Under the pieces are notes generated by a model. The model ran no database searches, was not told where the DNA came from, and saw nothing but the letters and a program-made list of their open reading frames with translations. A DNA stretch of 64,000 nucleotides from Candidatus Bathyarchaeia archaeon (GTDB lineage Archaea; Thermoproteota; Bathyarchaeia; Bathyarchaeales; Bathycorpusculaceae): assembly GCA_050108155.1 (NCBI GenBank), contig JBNIDR010000007.1:4592-68591 (forward strand). The letters run 5' to 3'. A program made the translations under genes and the position numbers. This document shows, in pieces, positions 1 to 9,883 of the stretch (the stretch's first letter is position 1; the number at the start of each line of letters is the position of its first letter).

Positions 1-846
1 CAGGTACCAGCTGTGCTTTCCATCTTTAGGCTCTGCTGGCAGGCAAAGCTTGTCGGACTTTGACAGAATCTCAGTTAACCGCTGTGCGTTTTGGGTACGC
101 TTCTCCAAAAACGAAGGCAGCCTCTCCAGCTGCACCGAGCCTATGGCTGCTTGAATCTCAGACATGCGGTAATTGCAGCCCAGAATTTCAGAGGCGTACT
201 TGGCTTTTTCCCCATGAGTCCTAACCATCCGCACAGTTTCAGCGGTTTGGGCATCATTGGTTGTTACGACTCCTCCTTCACCCGTGGTCATGTTCTTGCT
301 GGCATACAAGCTCCAACACGCGGCATCTGCATACGCACCCGCAGGTTTCCCTCTATAGCTCAACCCGTGAGCTTGAGCAGCATCCTCCACAACTTTTAAG
401 CCGTGTTTGTCGGCGACTTCACGTATGGGCGCCATTTCTGATGATAACCCGTAAATGTCCACAGGCAAGATAACTTTGGTCTTTTCAGAGATTTTACTTT
501 CTACTTGGCTGGGTGAAAGATTGTACGTTTCTGCATCAATATCCGTGAAAACAGGTTTGCCTCCAGCTAAAACCACTGCTTCCGCCGTAGCAACAAACGT
601 AAAACTTGGCAAAATAACCTCATCGCCTGCCTTGATGCCAGCCGCCGCGACCGCCGCATGCAACGCCGCCGTGCCCGTGTTAACGGCTACCGCGTGTTTG
701 GCGCCTGTAAGTGATGCGAAGTTTTTTTCGAACTTAGTGACTTCAGGTCCTGCACCTAAGCCGCTGGTAAGGTAGCCGCTGCGCATTACTTTGACGACGG
801 CTTGAATTTCTTCTTCGCCGATTAGGGGAAGGTTGATGGTTATCAA
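1..846 (-). CDS. DegT/DnrJ/EryC1/StrS family PLP aminotransferase (3' end runs off window)
   Basis: Not in ORF track; manual minus-strand translation from TTG 846 gives ..AVAVNTGTAALHAA..GDEVILPSFTFVATAEAV..VVEDAAQAHG..WSLYASKNMTTGEGG.. Confidence 0.92.
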   Translation of the reverse strand, partial: MITINLPLIGEEEIQAVVKVMRSGYLTSGLGAGPEVTKFEKNFASLTGAKHAVAVNTGTAALHAAVAAAGIKAGDEVILPSFTFVATAEAVVLAGGKPVFTDIDAETYNLSPSQVESKISEKTKVILPVDIYGLSSEMAPIREVADKHGLKVVEDAAQAHGLSYRGKPAGAYADAACWSLYASKNMTTGEGGVVTTNDAQTAETVRMVRTHGEKAKYASEILGCNYRMSEIQAAIGSVQLERLPSFLEKRTQNAQRLTEILSKSDKLCLPAEPKDGKHSWYL

Positions 847-949
847 GATTTCAGCCTCGGAGGGTGTGACATAATGCTTGAGAAGGCTATTTCAATTTAT
901 CTAATCTTCAAAAGGATGAGAAAAAGGAAAATGGGTTGCGTTATTGCCT

Positions 950-2308
950 TTAACGCTCGAACAATGGGACTTCGATTTTCTCTGGCTCGTAATCAACGAG
1001 TTTGCCACTGAAGAATTGTTCGTACGCTGAAAGATCAAGCAAGCCGTGTCCGCTGTAGTTCATGGCTATGACTTTCTTTTCGCCTGTCTTCTTGCATTCC
1101 AACGCTTTGTCAATGACGTATCTGAGGGAGTGCGCGGTTTCGGGGGCGATTACGAAGCCTTCGGTCTGTGCTAGGATTTGGGCGGCTTCAAAGATTTCCT
1201 TCTGGTGGTATGCGACGGATTTCATGTAGCCCTTGTGAATCAGGTAGGATACGAGGGGTGCCATGCCGTGGTATCGTAAGCCTCCTGCGTGGATGGGCGG
1301 GCATGCATAGTTGTGTCCGAGAGTGAGCATTTTTACGATTGGTGCGGTGGCGGCTGTGTCTCCATAGTCGTATGTGTATATGCCTCGGGTAGTGTGGGGT
1401 ACGGCTTTTGATTCGCACGCGACGAATTCGGTGTCGGATTTGCCTTTGAGTTTGTCTGCCATGAAGGGGAAGCTGAATCCTGCGTAGTTTGAGCCTCCGC
1501 CGACGCATCCACACACGATGTCTGGCTTGGTGTCTATCATGTCGAATTGCTTCATTGCCTCTTGACCAATAATGGTCTGATGCATGCAAACATGGTTCAG
1601 CACTGAGCCTAACGTGTATCGTGTGTTTTCGTTTGTCATGCAGTCTTCTACTGCTTCGCTGATGGCAATGCCTAATGAGCCGACGTGGTTGGGGTCTTCT
1701 TTGAGGAGTTTTCTGCCGAACTCCGTGTTGTCGCTGGGTGAAGGAAGCATCTCGGCGCCGTAGAGTTGCGCGATGAGTTTTCTACCTGGTTTCTGGAAGT
1801 AGCTGGCGCGGACCATGTAAATGCGGCAGTCTAAATCGAACATTTTTGCTGAATAAGCCAAAGCGGTGCCCCATTGACCTGCACCTGTTTCGGTGGTCAG
1901 TCGGGTGATTCCCTGTTTCATGTTATAGTATGCTTGAGGGATAGCGGAATTGGTTTTGTGGCTTCCTGCTGGGCTGAACTGCTCGCACTTAAAGTAAATT
2001 TCTGCTGGGGTTCCTAAGAACTTTTCAAGCCTTTGTGCCCTGTATAGGGGGGATGGTCTGGGGAGGCGTAGGTAGGCGTCGTAGACTTCGTCTGGGATTT
2101 TGACGTAACGTTCCTGTGCCATTTCCTGCATGACAAGTTCTTTGCCAAAGATGCGGAACAGCTTTTCCGGGTTTATGGGTTCTTTAGTTTCGGGATCCAA
2201 CGGCGGAGGCAGCGGTTCGGGGAGGTCAGCTTGGATGTTGTACCATGATGTGGGTGCTTCATCTATGGGTAGCGTGACAAAATAGTCTTTGTTTATTGGT
2301 TTCGCCAT
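950..2308 (-). CDS. trpB2: Tryptophan synthase beta chain, type 2 (TrpB2)
   Basis: 452 aa; PAGSHKTNSA PLP-lysine motif, TETGAGQWG, GGGSN, IHAGGLRYHG, N-terminal extension typical of TrpB2. Confidence 0.95.
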   Translation of the reverse strand: MAKPINKDYFVTLPIDEAPTSWYNIQADLPEPLPPPLDPETKEPINPEKLFRIFGKELVMQEMAQERYVKIPDEVYDAYLRLPRPSPLYRAQRLEKFLGTPAEIYFKCEQFSPAGSHKTNSAIPQAYYNMKQGITRLTTETGAGQWGTALAYSAKMFDLDCRIYMVRASYFQKPGRKLIAQLYGAEMLPSPSDNTEFGRKLLKEDPNHVGSLGIAISEAVEDCMTNENTRYTLGSVLNHVCMHQTIIGQEAMKQFDMIDTKPDIVCGCVGGGSNYAGFSFPFMADKLKGKSDTEFVACESKAVPHTTRGIYTYDYGDTAATAPIVKMLTLGHNYACPPIHAGGLRYHGMAPLVSYLIHKGYMKSVAYHQKEIFEAAQILAQTEGFVIAPETAHSLRYVIDKALECKKTGEKKVIAMNYSGHGLLDLSAYEQFFSGKLVDYEPEKIEVPLFER

Positions 2309-2419
2309 TTGTTACACCTTTCTTGTGTATTTGATACGCTCTGTCGTGTTAGGCATCAAAACTCTAAGAACATATTTATACGTTGCTGTACAGAATCGTA
2401 CGCTAAGGAAGCGGTCCAC

Positions 2420-2923
2420 ATGTGGAACACAATTAATCGGCAATTCAAAGAATACCCCGAAAGGCTCAAAGTGGCGCGTGTCCTAGTGGAAAACGGCTTA
2501 ACAGTAAAAAACCAGAAAATCTACCTCAACCAAATAGAAATTCCTCCCATACGTGTTGCCAGAGTGGCTGGTGTAGATCGCCGAACAGTGAGCGAAACCC
2601 TTCATGCTATAGACAATCATTTCAAACTCAAACTAATATTCGAGGGAATACGCCCCGCTGGGCACTCGCTTAAAGAAATCGCCAAACACCTGAACTTAGG
2701 AGTCGTGGAAATAACGCCTGTGGATGCCAAAGCCCACGGAATCTTGGCGAACTCTGCTCAAATCTTAACCGACGGAGGCTTAAGCATAAGGCAAGCAATA
2801 GTGGATGACCCTGAACTTTCGCCTGAACCCAAGCTAACGTTGATTGTGGAGAAAAAAATTCCGGGTGAACTCATTTCTCAACTGCTCAAAATCAACGGTG
2901 TAGCTAAAGTTTCCGTGTATTAG
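2420..2923 (+). CDS. ACT-domain amino-acid-binding regulator (archaeal HTH-ACT type)
   Basis: MWNTINRQFKEYPERLKVARVLVENGL..RVAGVDRRTV..IRQAIVDDPELSPEPKLTLI; likely start ATG 2420; divergent from trpB2. Confidence 0.8.
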   Translation: MWNTINRQFKEYPERLKVARVLVENGLTVKNQKIYLNQIEIPPIRVARVAGVDRRTVSETLHAIDNHFKLKLIFEGIRPAGHSLKEIAKHLNLGVVEITPVDAKAHGILANSAQILTDGGLSIRQAIVDDPELSPEPKLTLIVEKKIPGELISQLLKINGVAKVSVY

Positions 2924-3075
2924 CCCGGACCAAAATAGGACTTCAAAATTGCACATTAACATAGCAAAAAAGGGCTACATCGACGTATTTAGCATCGTTA
3001 GTGGATGCATCTTTTAGAAAAATTTATATGCCAATGATGTTTTGTTGTTGTTCGCACTAAGGGGGTTTATGGAAT

Positions 3076-4752
3076 TTGTCATCGAATACACAAGCTGGCG
3101 GTGTGCCAGTCCTCGTACTAAAAGAAGGCACAAACAGGTCTCGCGGAAAAGAAGCCCAAAACACCAACATAACCGCAGCTAAAATAGTAGCCGAGAGCGT
3201 CCGAAGCGCCTTAGGACCAAAAGGCATGGATAAAATGCTCGTGGATAGCTTCGGCGATGTAACAATAACCAGTGACGGACGCACAATTCTAGACGAGATG
3301 GATGTGCAGAATCCAGCAGCCAAAATGATGGTGGAAGTTGCTAAGGCACAGGACAACGAGGCAGGGGACGGAACCACCTCAGCCGTTGTTGTGGCAGGGG
3401 AACTTTTAAGCAAAGCCGAAGAGCTCCTAGAAAAGAACATTCACCCCACCGTAATCATCGATGGCTACAAAATAGCCCAAGAGAAAGCCTTGGAAACCAT
3501 CGAAAAAATTGCGTTAACTATAGACCTCAAAGACGCATCATACCTCAAAAAAGCCGCTGTTACCTCCATGGCCAGCAAACTTGTTGCGGAACACAAAGAT
3601 TACTTGGCAGACTTAGTCGTTAAGGCGATGCTTGCTGTGGCAGAAAAACAGGGCACCGGTTACAAAGCAGACGTTGACGATGTTTTGGTGGAGAAGAAAA
3701 CTGGTGACTCCTTGAGGGAAACAACTCTAGTTAGCGGCATAGTCATAGACAAAGAAATAGTCCACGCAGGCATGCCCAAACGCGTCGAAAAAGCAAAAAT
3801 TGCCCTGCTGGATTCCTCCTTGGAAATCGAGAAAACCGAGTACGACTCCAAACTTAGCATTGAAAACCCTGAGCAGATTGAAGCCTTCCTTAATCAGGAA
3901 GAAACCATGCTTAAAGCCATGGCTGACAAAATCGCCGCTTCAGGTGCTAACGTGGTTATCTGCCAAAAAGGCATAGATGACATGGTGCAGCACTTTCTGG
4001 CAAAGAAAGGAATTGCGGCTGTCCGCAGAGCGAAAAAATCAGACATGGAACGGCTAGCCAAAGCCACCTGCGGAAGCATAGTCAGCAACTTGGAATCACT
4101 CACGGCAAAAGACCTCGGCCAAGCAGCACTTGTCGAGGAACGCAAAATTGCCGAAGACAAACTTATCTTTATCGAAGGCTGCAAGCAACCCAAAGCCGTC
4201 ACAATTTTGATTCGCGGTTCTTCGCCGCGTCTAAATAACGAGACGGAGCGGTCAATTCACGATGCCCTCTGTGTAGTGCGCGACTTGATTCGGGAACCCA
4301 AGGTTGTAGCTGGCGGTGGTGCGCCTGAGCTTGAAATGTCTTTGGTAATTAGGAAGTACGCTGAAGGTCAGTCAGGACGAGAGCAGCTTGCGGTTAAAGC
4401 CTTCGCTGACGCCTTGGAGGTAATTGCCACGACGCTAACGGAAAACGCTGGGTTAGACCCAATCGACATACTATCTGACTTGCGGTCAAGGCACGAAAAA
4501 GGCGAAACTTGGGCTGGAATAGAAGTCCTGTCAGGAAAAGTTCAAGACATGTCCAAAGCAGGTGTATACGAACCATTAACAGTAAAAAAACAGATACTCA
4601 AATCTGCCGCTGAAGCCGCAACTCTGATTCTGAAAATCGACGATGTCATAGCTTCCCAAAAGATGAAAGCTCCCCCAATGCCGCCAGGAGGCATGGGCGG
4701 TATGGGCGGAGGCATGGGCGGCATGGGCATGGGTGGAATGGGAGGCTTCTAA
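3076..4752 (+). CDS. ths: Thermosome (group II chaperonin) subunit
   Basis: [23 protein letters not shown] motifs; GGM-repeat C-terminal tail. Confidence 0.97.
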   Translation: MSSNTQAGGVPVLVLKEGTNRSRGKEAQNTNITAAKIVAESVRSALGPKGMDKMLVDSFGDVTITSDGRTILDEMDVQNPAAKMMVEVAKAQDNEAGDGTTSAVVVAGELLSKAEELLEKNIHPTVIIDGYKIAQEKALETIEKIALTIDLKDASYLKKAAVTSMASKLVAEHKDYLADLVVKAMLAVAEKQGTGYKADVDDVLVEKKTGDSLRETTLVSGIVIDKEIVHAGMPKRVEKAKIALLDSSLEIEKTEYDSKLSIENPEQIEAFLNQEETMLKAMADKIAASGANVVICQKGIDDMVQHFLAKKGIAAVRRAKKSDMERLAKATCGSIVSNLESLTAKDLGQAALVEERKIAEDKLIFIEGCKQPKAVTILIRGSSPRLNNETERSIHDALCVVRDLIREPKVVAGGGAPELEMSLVIRKYAEGQSGREQLAVKAFADALEVIATTLTENAGLDPIDILSDLRSRHEKGETWAGIEVLSGKVQDMSKAGVYEPLTVKKQILKSAAEAATLILKIDDVIASQKMKAPPMPPGGMGGMGGGMGGMGMGGMGGF

Positions 4753-5007
4753 ACGGCAACCCAAGAAAACGTTGAAGTCGGTCCACCAAAAATCACTCGG
4801 TTCGAGAAAGCCCGAATAGTCGGCGCGCGGTCCCTGCAGATTTCAATGGGGGCACCAATACTCATCGAGGTTGATACTAGCCTAACCAGCCCAATTGATA
4901 TTGCGCTTAGAGAACTAGAAGTTGGCATTCTCCCAATGACCGTACGACGAACGCTGCCCGACGGAACCTTCCAAGACATTCCGTTGAAGTGGCTAATGGT
5001 AGCTTAA
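4753..5007 (+). CDS. rpoK: DNA-directed RNA polymerase subunit K (Rpo6); no canonical start codon
   Basis: Not in ORF track; manual translation [59 protein letters not shown]; begins with ACG directly after the thermosome TAA, same frame. Confidence 0.93.
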   Translation, partial: TATQENVEVGPPKITRFEKARIVGARSLQISMGAPILIEVDTSLTSPIDIALRELEVGILPMTVRRTLPDGTFQDIPLKWLMVA

Positions 5008-5009
5008 AA

Positions 5010-5492
5010 CTAAGCTTCATTTTTCTTTTTGAGTTTTTCTTCTGCTTCTCCAAGCGTCGCCCTGATTTTTGTCCAGTGGGAGCCCTGCCAGTAGACAGCG
5101 CCGCAGTTTGGACACCTCCAGAACTCATCATAATGAAGCAAAGTGTTCTTTTCCAGTTGGTCCGCGATTTCCTCTTTGGGCGCATTGATGAGGTTGGTGT
5201 TGCATTTTGGACAAAGAGAACGCTTTAAATCAATTTCCAAAGGAATTCCGAAACGTTTTGCGAGTTCGGCTAAGCGCTCGGATTCAGTGTTTCCTTCGAC
5301 ATAATACGCTTCAGTGCCTCTGGCTGATGCTTGCTGATAAAGAGCTAAGTCGCGGGTCAGAAGCACGCGTTTTTCTTGCTTGGCTATCTCCAATAGTTCC
5401 GTATCGTCAGCGGTTGAATACTGGGCGTCGTGACCCATCATGCGAAGCCATCGAGTAAGCTTTCCCAACATGCCGTCCAAAATGAAGTTCAA
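5010..5492 (-). CDS. Mut7-C RNase domain protein (PIN fold plus Zn ribbon)
   Basis: FILDGMLGKLTRWLRMMGHD, LLTRD, CPKCN..CPNCGAVYWQGSHW. Confidence 0.9.
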   Translation of the reverse strand: MNFILDGMLGKLTRWLRMMGHDAQYSTADDTELLEIAKQEKRVLLTRDLALYQQASARGTEAYYVEGNTESERLAELAKRFGIPLEIDLKRSLCPKCNTNLINAPKEEIADQLEKNTLLHYDEFWRCPNCGAVYWQGSHWTKIRATLGEAEEKLKKKNEA

Positions 5493-5956
5493 GACTGCGG
5501 TCTCCGAAAAACCAAGCCGCTTCCAGGCTTCGCCACGATTTCGCCTTCATCCATAACTAACTCGCCGTTCACGAAGGTCTTCAAGGGATTACCCTGCATT
5601 TCCCATTTGTCAAACGGTGAAAATTTAGCTTTCGACTTAAACCGTGAAACGTCAACCTTGAATTTAGCGTTAAAATCCACAACCGTCAAATCCGCGTTTT
5701 TTCCTTCCTCCAATTTGCCCCTATCTCTTAGATGGAAAATTTCAGCTGGCTTCTCACAGAGCACCTCAAGCACCCGCGCAAAAGTTACCCTATTCTTATG
5801 CACCGCCGTCAGCATCAGGGGCAATGTCGTTTCCAAACCTGGCACTCCAACTTTAACTTCCCAGACGGTAGCGGCGTCTTTCTCCTGCAAGGCATGCGGG
5901 GCATGGTCAGAGCCTATTGTATCTATTGTGCCATCGTTGAGTGCTTTCCAGAGCCC
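5489..5956 (-). pseudogene. pyrC: Dihydroorotase/allantoinase-family gene, C-terminal fragment only
   Basis: LWKALNDGTIDTIGSDHAPH..GVPGLETTLPLML..GKNADLTVVD..SKAKFSPFDKWEMQG; similarity stops near 5955; the N-terminal part with the HxH metal site and NPPLR motif is absent. Confidence 0.85.
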
Positions 5957-5970
5957 CAGTAAACTCTCAG
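5944..5970 (+). repeat. 3' half-copy of the BHB structured element, at the pyrC breakpoint
   Basis: CTTTCCAGAGCCC-CAGT-AAA-CTC matches the 3' arms of copy 1 (TTCCAGAGCCC-CAGC-AAA-CCC) and copy 2 (TTCAGGGTTC-CAGT-AAA-CCC). Confidence 0.8.
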
Positions 5971-6154
5971 TAAGAACGATTGTTTTTGTTTTGCTTTCTG
6001 TTTGTGATTGCCTTGGAGTGTTGTTTATATTTTCAAATAATTTTGGGTGATATTTTTCGTACTTACGATAGGTGAGTGCGGCTTATTAGGCATATGGAAC
6101 TATCGTGTTTCGATTTACCCGAGAGGTATGATCAAAAAAATGGAGAGAAAACAA

Positions 6155-8674
6155 TTGAGAAATTTGTTAGTGAAAAATTCTAAGAGCAATATGTCGGCGA
6201 CATGCATATTGATTCTGATTTTCGCTATCGGCACCACAATCAGCGTTATACCTAACGCGGCAGCACATGACCCCTCATGGGATATCCCCACGTGGACGTA
6301 CCTGAGCGTTTCCCCCAGCCCAATAGGCGTAGGTCAACAAGCCTTCGTCATAATATGGCTCAACGTTTGCCCGCCAACAGCTAACGGACAATACGGCGAT
6401 AGATGGCAAGACCTCACCGTGTCAGTTACCAAACCCGACGGAACAACCACAACCCTGGGACCATTTACATCAGACCCTGTAGGCTCCGCATACACGACTT
6501 TCACACCTGACCAAGTAGGCGTATACAGCTTCCAAGCTAACTTCCCCGGACAAATACTCACAGGCGCCAACCCCAACCCTGCAGGTTACCCCGCAGGCTC
6601 ACAATACACTGACTACCTCGGCGACAACTTTTTAGCTAGCACCAGTGCCGTCATCACGTTGACAGTCACACAGGACGCCGCACCTTCATGGGCGTCTTCC
6701 CCTGTGCCAACCAACGAGTTCTGGTCCCGCCCAATCAACGGTCAAAACAGAGAATGGGCTTCTATAGCAAGTGACTGGCTAGGCGGCAGCGCAATCTCCG
6801 GCAAGTACCAACCATACGGACTGGCACCCGACAGCGGACACATTCTTTGGGCTAGACCCCTAACCTTCGGTGGACTCACTGGAAGCCAATTTGGCGACAT
6901 CACCTACTACGACGGTTTATCATACGAAAGCAAGTTTCCCTCGCCCGTAATCATCCAAGGACGACTATACTACAACGAATACCCCACCGCACGATACTCT
7001 ATCGACAAATACCCACCCGGATTCTACTGCGTTGACTTAGCCACAGGCGAAGTTCTATACTGGAAGAACGCCACAATAAGCTTTGGTCAAACCTACGATA
7101 TAGAAACACCAAACGAACACGGAACAGTCTCCTACCTATGGAGCACATCGCGCACTACATGGCACATGTTTGACCCATTCAACGGCAACGACCTCTGCAC
7201 CATAACCAATGTTCCTTCAGGCACGCAGGTAACTGCCAGTGACGGCAGCATCCTCATCTACCAACTTGGACCCAAAAACGCATGGCTTGCATGCTGGAAT
7301 TTAACCACCGCCATAATGTACCACTCAATTGCCGCAGGCAGCAACTATTACTGGAACTTCAGACCTGAATTCGGCGCAACCTACGATGCGGTTAATGGGT
7401 ATGATTGGAATGTTACGTTGAACGGTGTTCCTAGTGATGCGTATGTGATGGGAACTGATTCTGGTATTCTGCTTATGACTACCGGTTTAGCGACAGGAGC
7501 AGCAGGCGTAGGAATCGGAGGAACCCCCTTAACATACACGCAATGTGGAATCGGCCTCACTGGTTCAGATGTAGGCAAGGTAATCTGGTCAACCACCAGA
7601 AACGCTCCATCTGGAAACGTAACCATCACCTATGGCACAGAAGGCAGCGGCGTCTACGTTATGCGCGCAAAGGAAACCATGCAATGGTATGGTTATAGTG
7701 TAACTAACGGCCAAGAACTCTGGGGACCAACTGATTCGCAGGGACCATGGGATGTTTACGGCATGGGCGGCAACATTGCAGGCGACGTGCTCTATTCATG
7801 TGGCTACTCCGGAATTCTCTATGCATACAACATTCACAACGGCAACCTTTTGTGGTCATACTCAAGCGGAAGTGGCGGATTTGATGTCTACTACGGCAAC
7901 TACCCCCTCAGTCTTGGCGCAATCGCTGACGGCAAAGTCTACCTTTACAGCAGCGAACATTCCCCCTCTAAACCCGCGTGGCGTGGCTCATCCATAATCT
8001 GTGTTGATGCAAACTCTGGCACTGAACTTTGGCGTGTCCAAAACTGGGCAAACGGCATCATGGTCGCAGACGGCTACCTTGTTGACCTTAATTCATACGA
8101 CAACCAAATCTACTGCTTTGGCAAAGGACAAACCGAAACCACAGTTACTGCACCTAACATCGCAGTACCTGCAGGAACAACCGTTCTGATACAAGGAACA
8201 GTCACTGATCAGTCTCCAGGCAATCCAGGAACACCCGCCATTTCCGACGCCAACATGGACGAATGGATGAACTACCTCTATTCACAGCAAGCCAAACCAC
8301 AAAACGCCCAAGGTGTACCAGTGCACTTGACAGCTGTTGACCAGAACGGTCAAACATATGAAGTCGGCACAGTGACAAGCGACATGAGCGGCCTCTACAG
8401 CATAACATGGACTCCAACCGCTGAAGGAAAATACACAATCAAAGCTGAATTCGCAGGCTCCAACTCGTACTATGCTTCCTCAGCAGAAACCGCTTTAGCC
8501 GTCAGCTCCTCAGCATCCGCAAACGTAAACCCAGCGCCGCAAACTACTCAAACGCCTCCACCAGTCGACGCCCCACCCGTAGAAACCCCGATGACCACAT
8601 ACCTTGCCATAACCATAGCAGTCGTAATCATCCTCGTGGTTGCAGCAGCACTTGTCCTCAGGAGACGCAAATAA
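6155..8674 (+). CDS. Secreted PQQ-like beta-propeller protein with C-terminal membrane anchor (paralog 1)
   Basis: Signal peptide; repeats such as AIADGKVY, ADGYLV; P/T-rich linker, TM helix, RRRK tail; likely start TTG 6155 after GGAGAG. Confidence 0.85.
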   Translation: MRNLLVKNSKSNMSATCILILIFAIGTTISVIPNAAAHDPSWDIPTWTYLSVSPSPIGVGQQAFVIIWLNVCPPTANGQYGDRWQDLTVSVTKPDGTTTTLGPFTSDPVGSAYTTFTPDQVGVYSFQANFPGQILTGANPNPAGYPAGSQYTDYLGDNFLASTSAVITLTVTQDAAPSWASSPVPTNEFWSRPINGQNREWASIASDWLGGSAISGKYQPYGLAPDSGHILWARPLTFGGLTGSQFGDITYYDGLSYESKFPSPVIIQGRLYYNEYPTARYSIDKYPPGFYCVDLATGEVLYWKNATISFGQTYDIETPNEHGTVSYLWSTSRTTWHMFDPFNGNDLCTITNVPSGTQVTASDGSILIYQLGPKNAWLACWNLTTAIMYHSIAAGSNYYWNFRPEFGATYDAVNGYDWNVTLNGVPSDAYVMGTDSGILLMTTGLATGAAGVGIGGTPLTYTQCGIGLTGSDVGKVIWSTTRNAPSGNVTITYGTEGSGVYVMRAKETMQWYGYSVTNGQELWGPTDSQGPWDVYGMGGNIAGDVLYSCGYSGILYAYNIHNGNLLWSYSSGSGGFDVYYGNYPLSLGAIADGKVYLYSSEHSPSKPAWRGSSIICVDANSGTELWRVQNWANGIMVADGYLVDLNSYDNQIYCFGKGQTETTVTAPNIAVPAGTTVLIQGTVTDQSPGNPGTPAISDANMDEWMNYLYSQQAKPQNAQGVPVHLTAVDQNGQTYEVGTVTSDMSGLYSITWTPTAEGKYTIKAEFAGSNSYYASSAETALAVSSSASANVNPAPQTTQTPPPVDAPPVETPMTTYLAITIAVVIILVVAAALVLRRRK

Positions 8675-8675
8675 C

Positions 8676-8694
8676 TCCTTTTTCTTTTTTGTTT
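8676..8694 (+). terminator. Oligo-T archaeal terminator candidate
   Basis: TCCTTTTTCTTTTTTGTTT right after the stop; similar T-tracts follow paralogs 2 and 3. Confidence 0.55.
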
Positions 8695-8712
8695 AGTTGG
8701 CAGAAAAATCGT

Positions 8713-8808
8713 GGGCTGAATGGGCTCTGGAAATGATTTCCAACTTGCTCGTTGGATCGTTCATTTTCTCTCTCCTTAAGATTTCCGTTCCAGAGCCCCA
8801 GCAAACCC
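8713..8808 (+). ncRNA. Conserved structured element, copy 1, with BHB motif
   Basis: GCUG/CAGC central helix, AAU and AAA bulges, 11-bp inner stem GGGCUCUGGAA/UUCCAGAGCCC, apical UCCAAC/GUUGGA hairpin, unpaired UCUCUCCU. Confidence 0.7.
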
Positions 8809-8833
8809 GTGGCATCTCCAGAAAGTAATATTT

Positions 8834-9691
8834 TCACTGTAGTGGCAATAAATAATTTTCTCTTTCGCTCTTTATGGTTGTTTTCTTAGGCAGTTCTGTG
8901 TTGTCTTTGGATGCTTTGTTCCATAGTACTTCAAAATATTTTTGAAGTGTTGCAACAAGACACGGGTTGTCTGAAAATAAACTTGGTGCTTCCAGCGAGT
9001 GCTTTGCTGCTGGCGCGATGCATAAGGTTACTTGTTTTCCGTCTTCAATTCTTATTGAAGTAGGCGGTTGGGTTGGTATGTGCCTTAGTTCTGCCCAGCC
9101 TTTCTTCTTCCAAGTCTGAAAGATTTTTGGGGTGGCCTCTCCTTTTTTTGGTTTGTCGGTTATGTATCGGAACTTTACGTTTCTTTTTGCACCTTTTTCT
9201 ATTTGCTCGGCGTAAACCAAAATGCAGTACTTGAAACTATCCCAAGAGTCAATAACGTCTACGTTTCTCATGGTTCTGTTCGCCCCCTCGTTTACCCTGC
9301 GGGTGTTTGCGTCTTTTGTGGTTATCATTACAAACTCTGATTCGTTTAACGTTGTATTTTCTAGATTGTTTCTTGTAAAATTGTCAACTAACTCTTCAGC
9401 TTTCTGTTCGTTTTCATTCTGTTCCTCTGCTTTTTGCTTTAGTAAATGGGCGACCCCGTCTTTTATTGAGGTGGGTTTATACCTGTTTGGTTTGGCTATT
9501 ATTTTTTCTACAAGTCCCTTTTCTTGAAGTTCGGTGAGTATGCGGTAAACGTCTTGTGAAGCTACGTTAGCTGTCTTAGCCGTTACTCTTCCTGTTGCAG
9601 GACCTATTGTAATGAGTGCCAAGTAGACTTTTGCCTGCAAAACCGTAAGCCCTAAATTAACTAATGTTTGAATTGCGTCCTCAATTTCCAT
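8834..9691 (-). CDS. TrmB-family transcriptional regulator
   Basis: LGLTVLQAKVYLAL..DVYRILTELQEKGLVEK wHTH plus C-terminal PLD-like effector region; divergent from paralog 2. Confidence 0.85.
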   Translation of the reverse strand: MEIEDAIQTLVNLGLTVLQAKVYLALITIGPATGRVTAKTANVASQDVYRILTELQEKGLVEKIIAKPNRYKPTSIKDGVAHLLKQKAEEQNENEQKAEELVDNFTRNNLENTTLNESEFVMITTKDANTRRVNEGANRTMRNVDVIDSWDSFKYCILVYAEQIEKGAKRNVKFRYITDKPKKGEATPKIFQTWKKKGWAELRHIPTQPPTSIRIEDGKQVTLCIAPAAKHSLEAPSLFSDNPCLVATLQKYFEVLWNKASKDNTELPKKTTIKSERENYLLPLQ

Positions 9692-9883
9692 CTCTTCTCT
9701 CCTTCTACTTATTATTCAAAATTTACATATAAGGTTTTAAAGATTAGCAAGCGGCCAAAAGAATAACTTGAAACCGAACTTTTTCGGTCACCTTTTGAAC
9801 TTATTGGTAGTCGGGCGACTTACTGGGCGTTCTTAAATATTTTTACGTTTCCTGTATGGACTCATATAACGGAGAGAAAAAAA

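Noticed and set aside
91-775. Plus-strand ORFs 91-399, 261-473, 455-775 and the many similar antisense ORFs across the track
   Set aside because: Shadows of real genes on the opposite strand, with no recognisable motifs
4680-4749. GGCATG tandem repeats
   Set aside because: Ordinary GGM tail of the chaperonin
8735-8757. TTCCAAC..GTTGGAT resembles integron attC R boxes
   Set aside because: The boxes flank only a 6-nt loop in the middle of the element, not its ends; copy 3 breaks GTTRRRY; no IntI gene is present
8695-8764. Short minus-strand ORFs with a good SD inside each element copy (MNDPTSKLEII.., MNEYPTSKLES.., MKTNSKVGNQ..)
   Set aside because: The conserved CAGAGCCCA(T/C)TCAGCCC is read in different frames among copies, and G-U covariation favours the + strand, so conservation is at nucleotide/structure level rather than peptide level
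8713-8808. Element as TPP riboswitch, C/D box or H/ACA guide RNA
   Set aside because: Only GGCUGA resembles TPP; there is no C/D box pair in the right order and no ACA tail or K-turn
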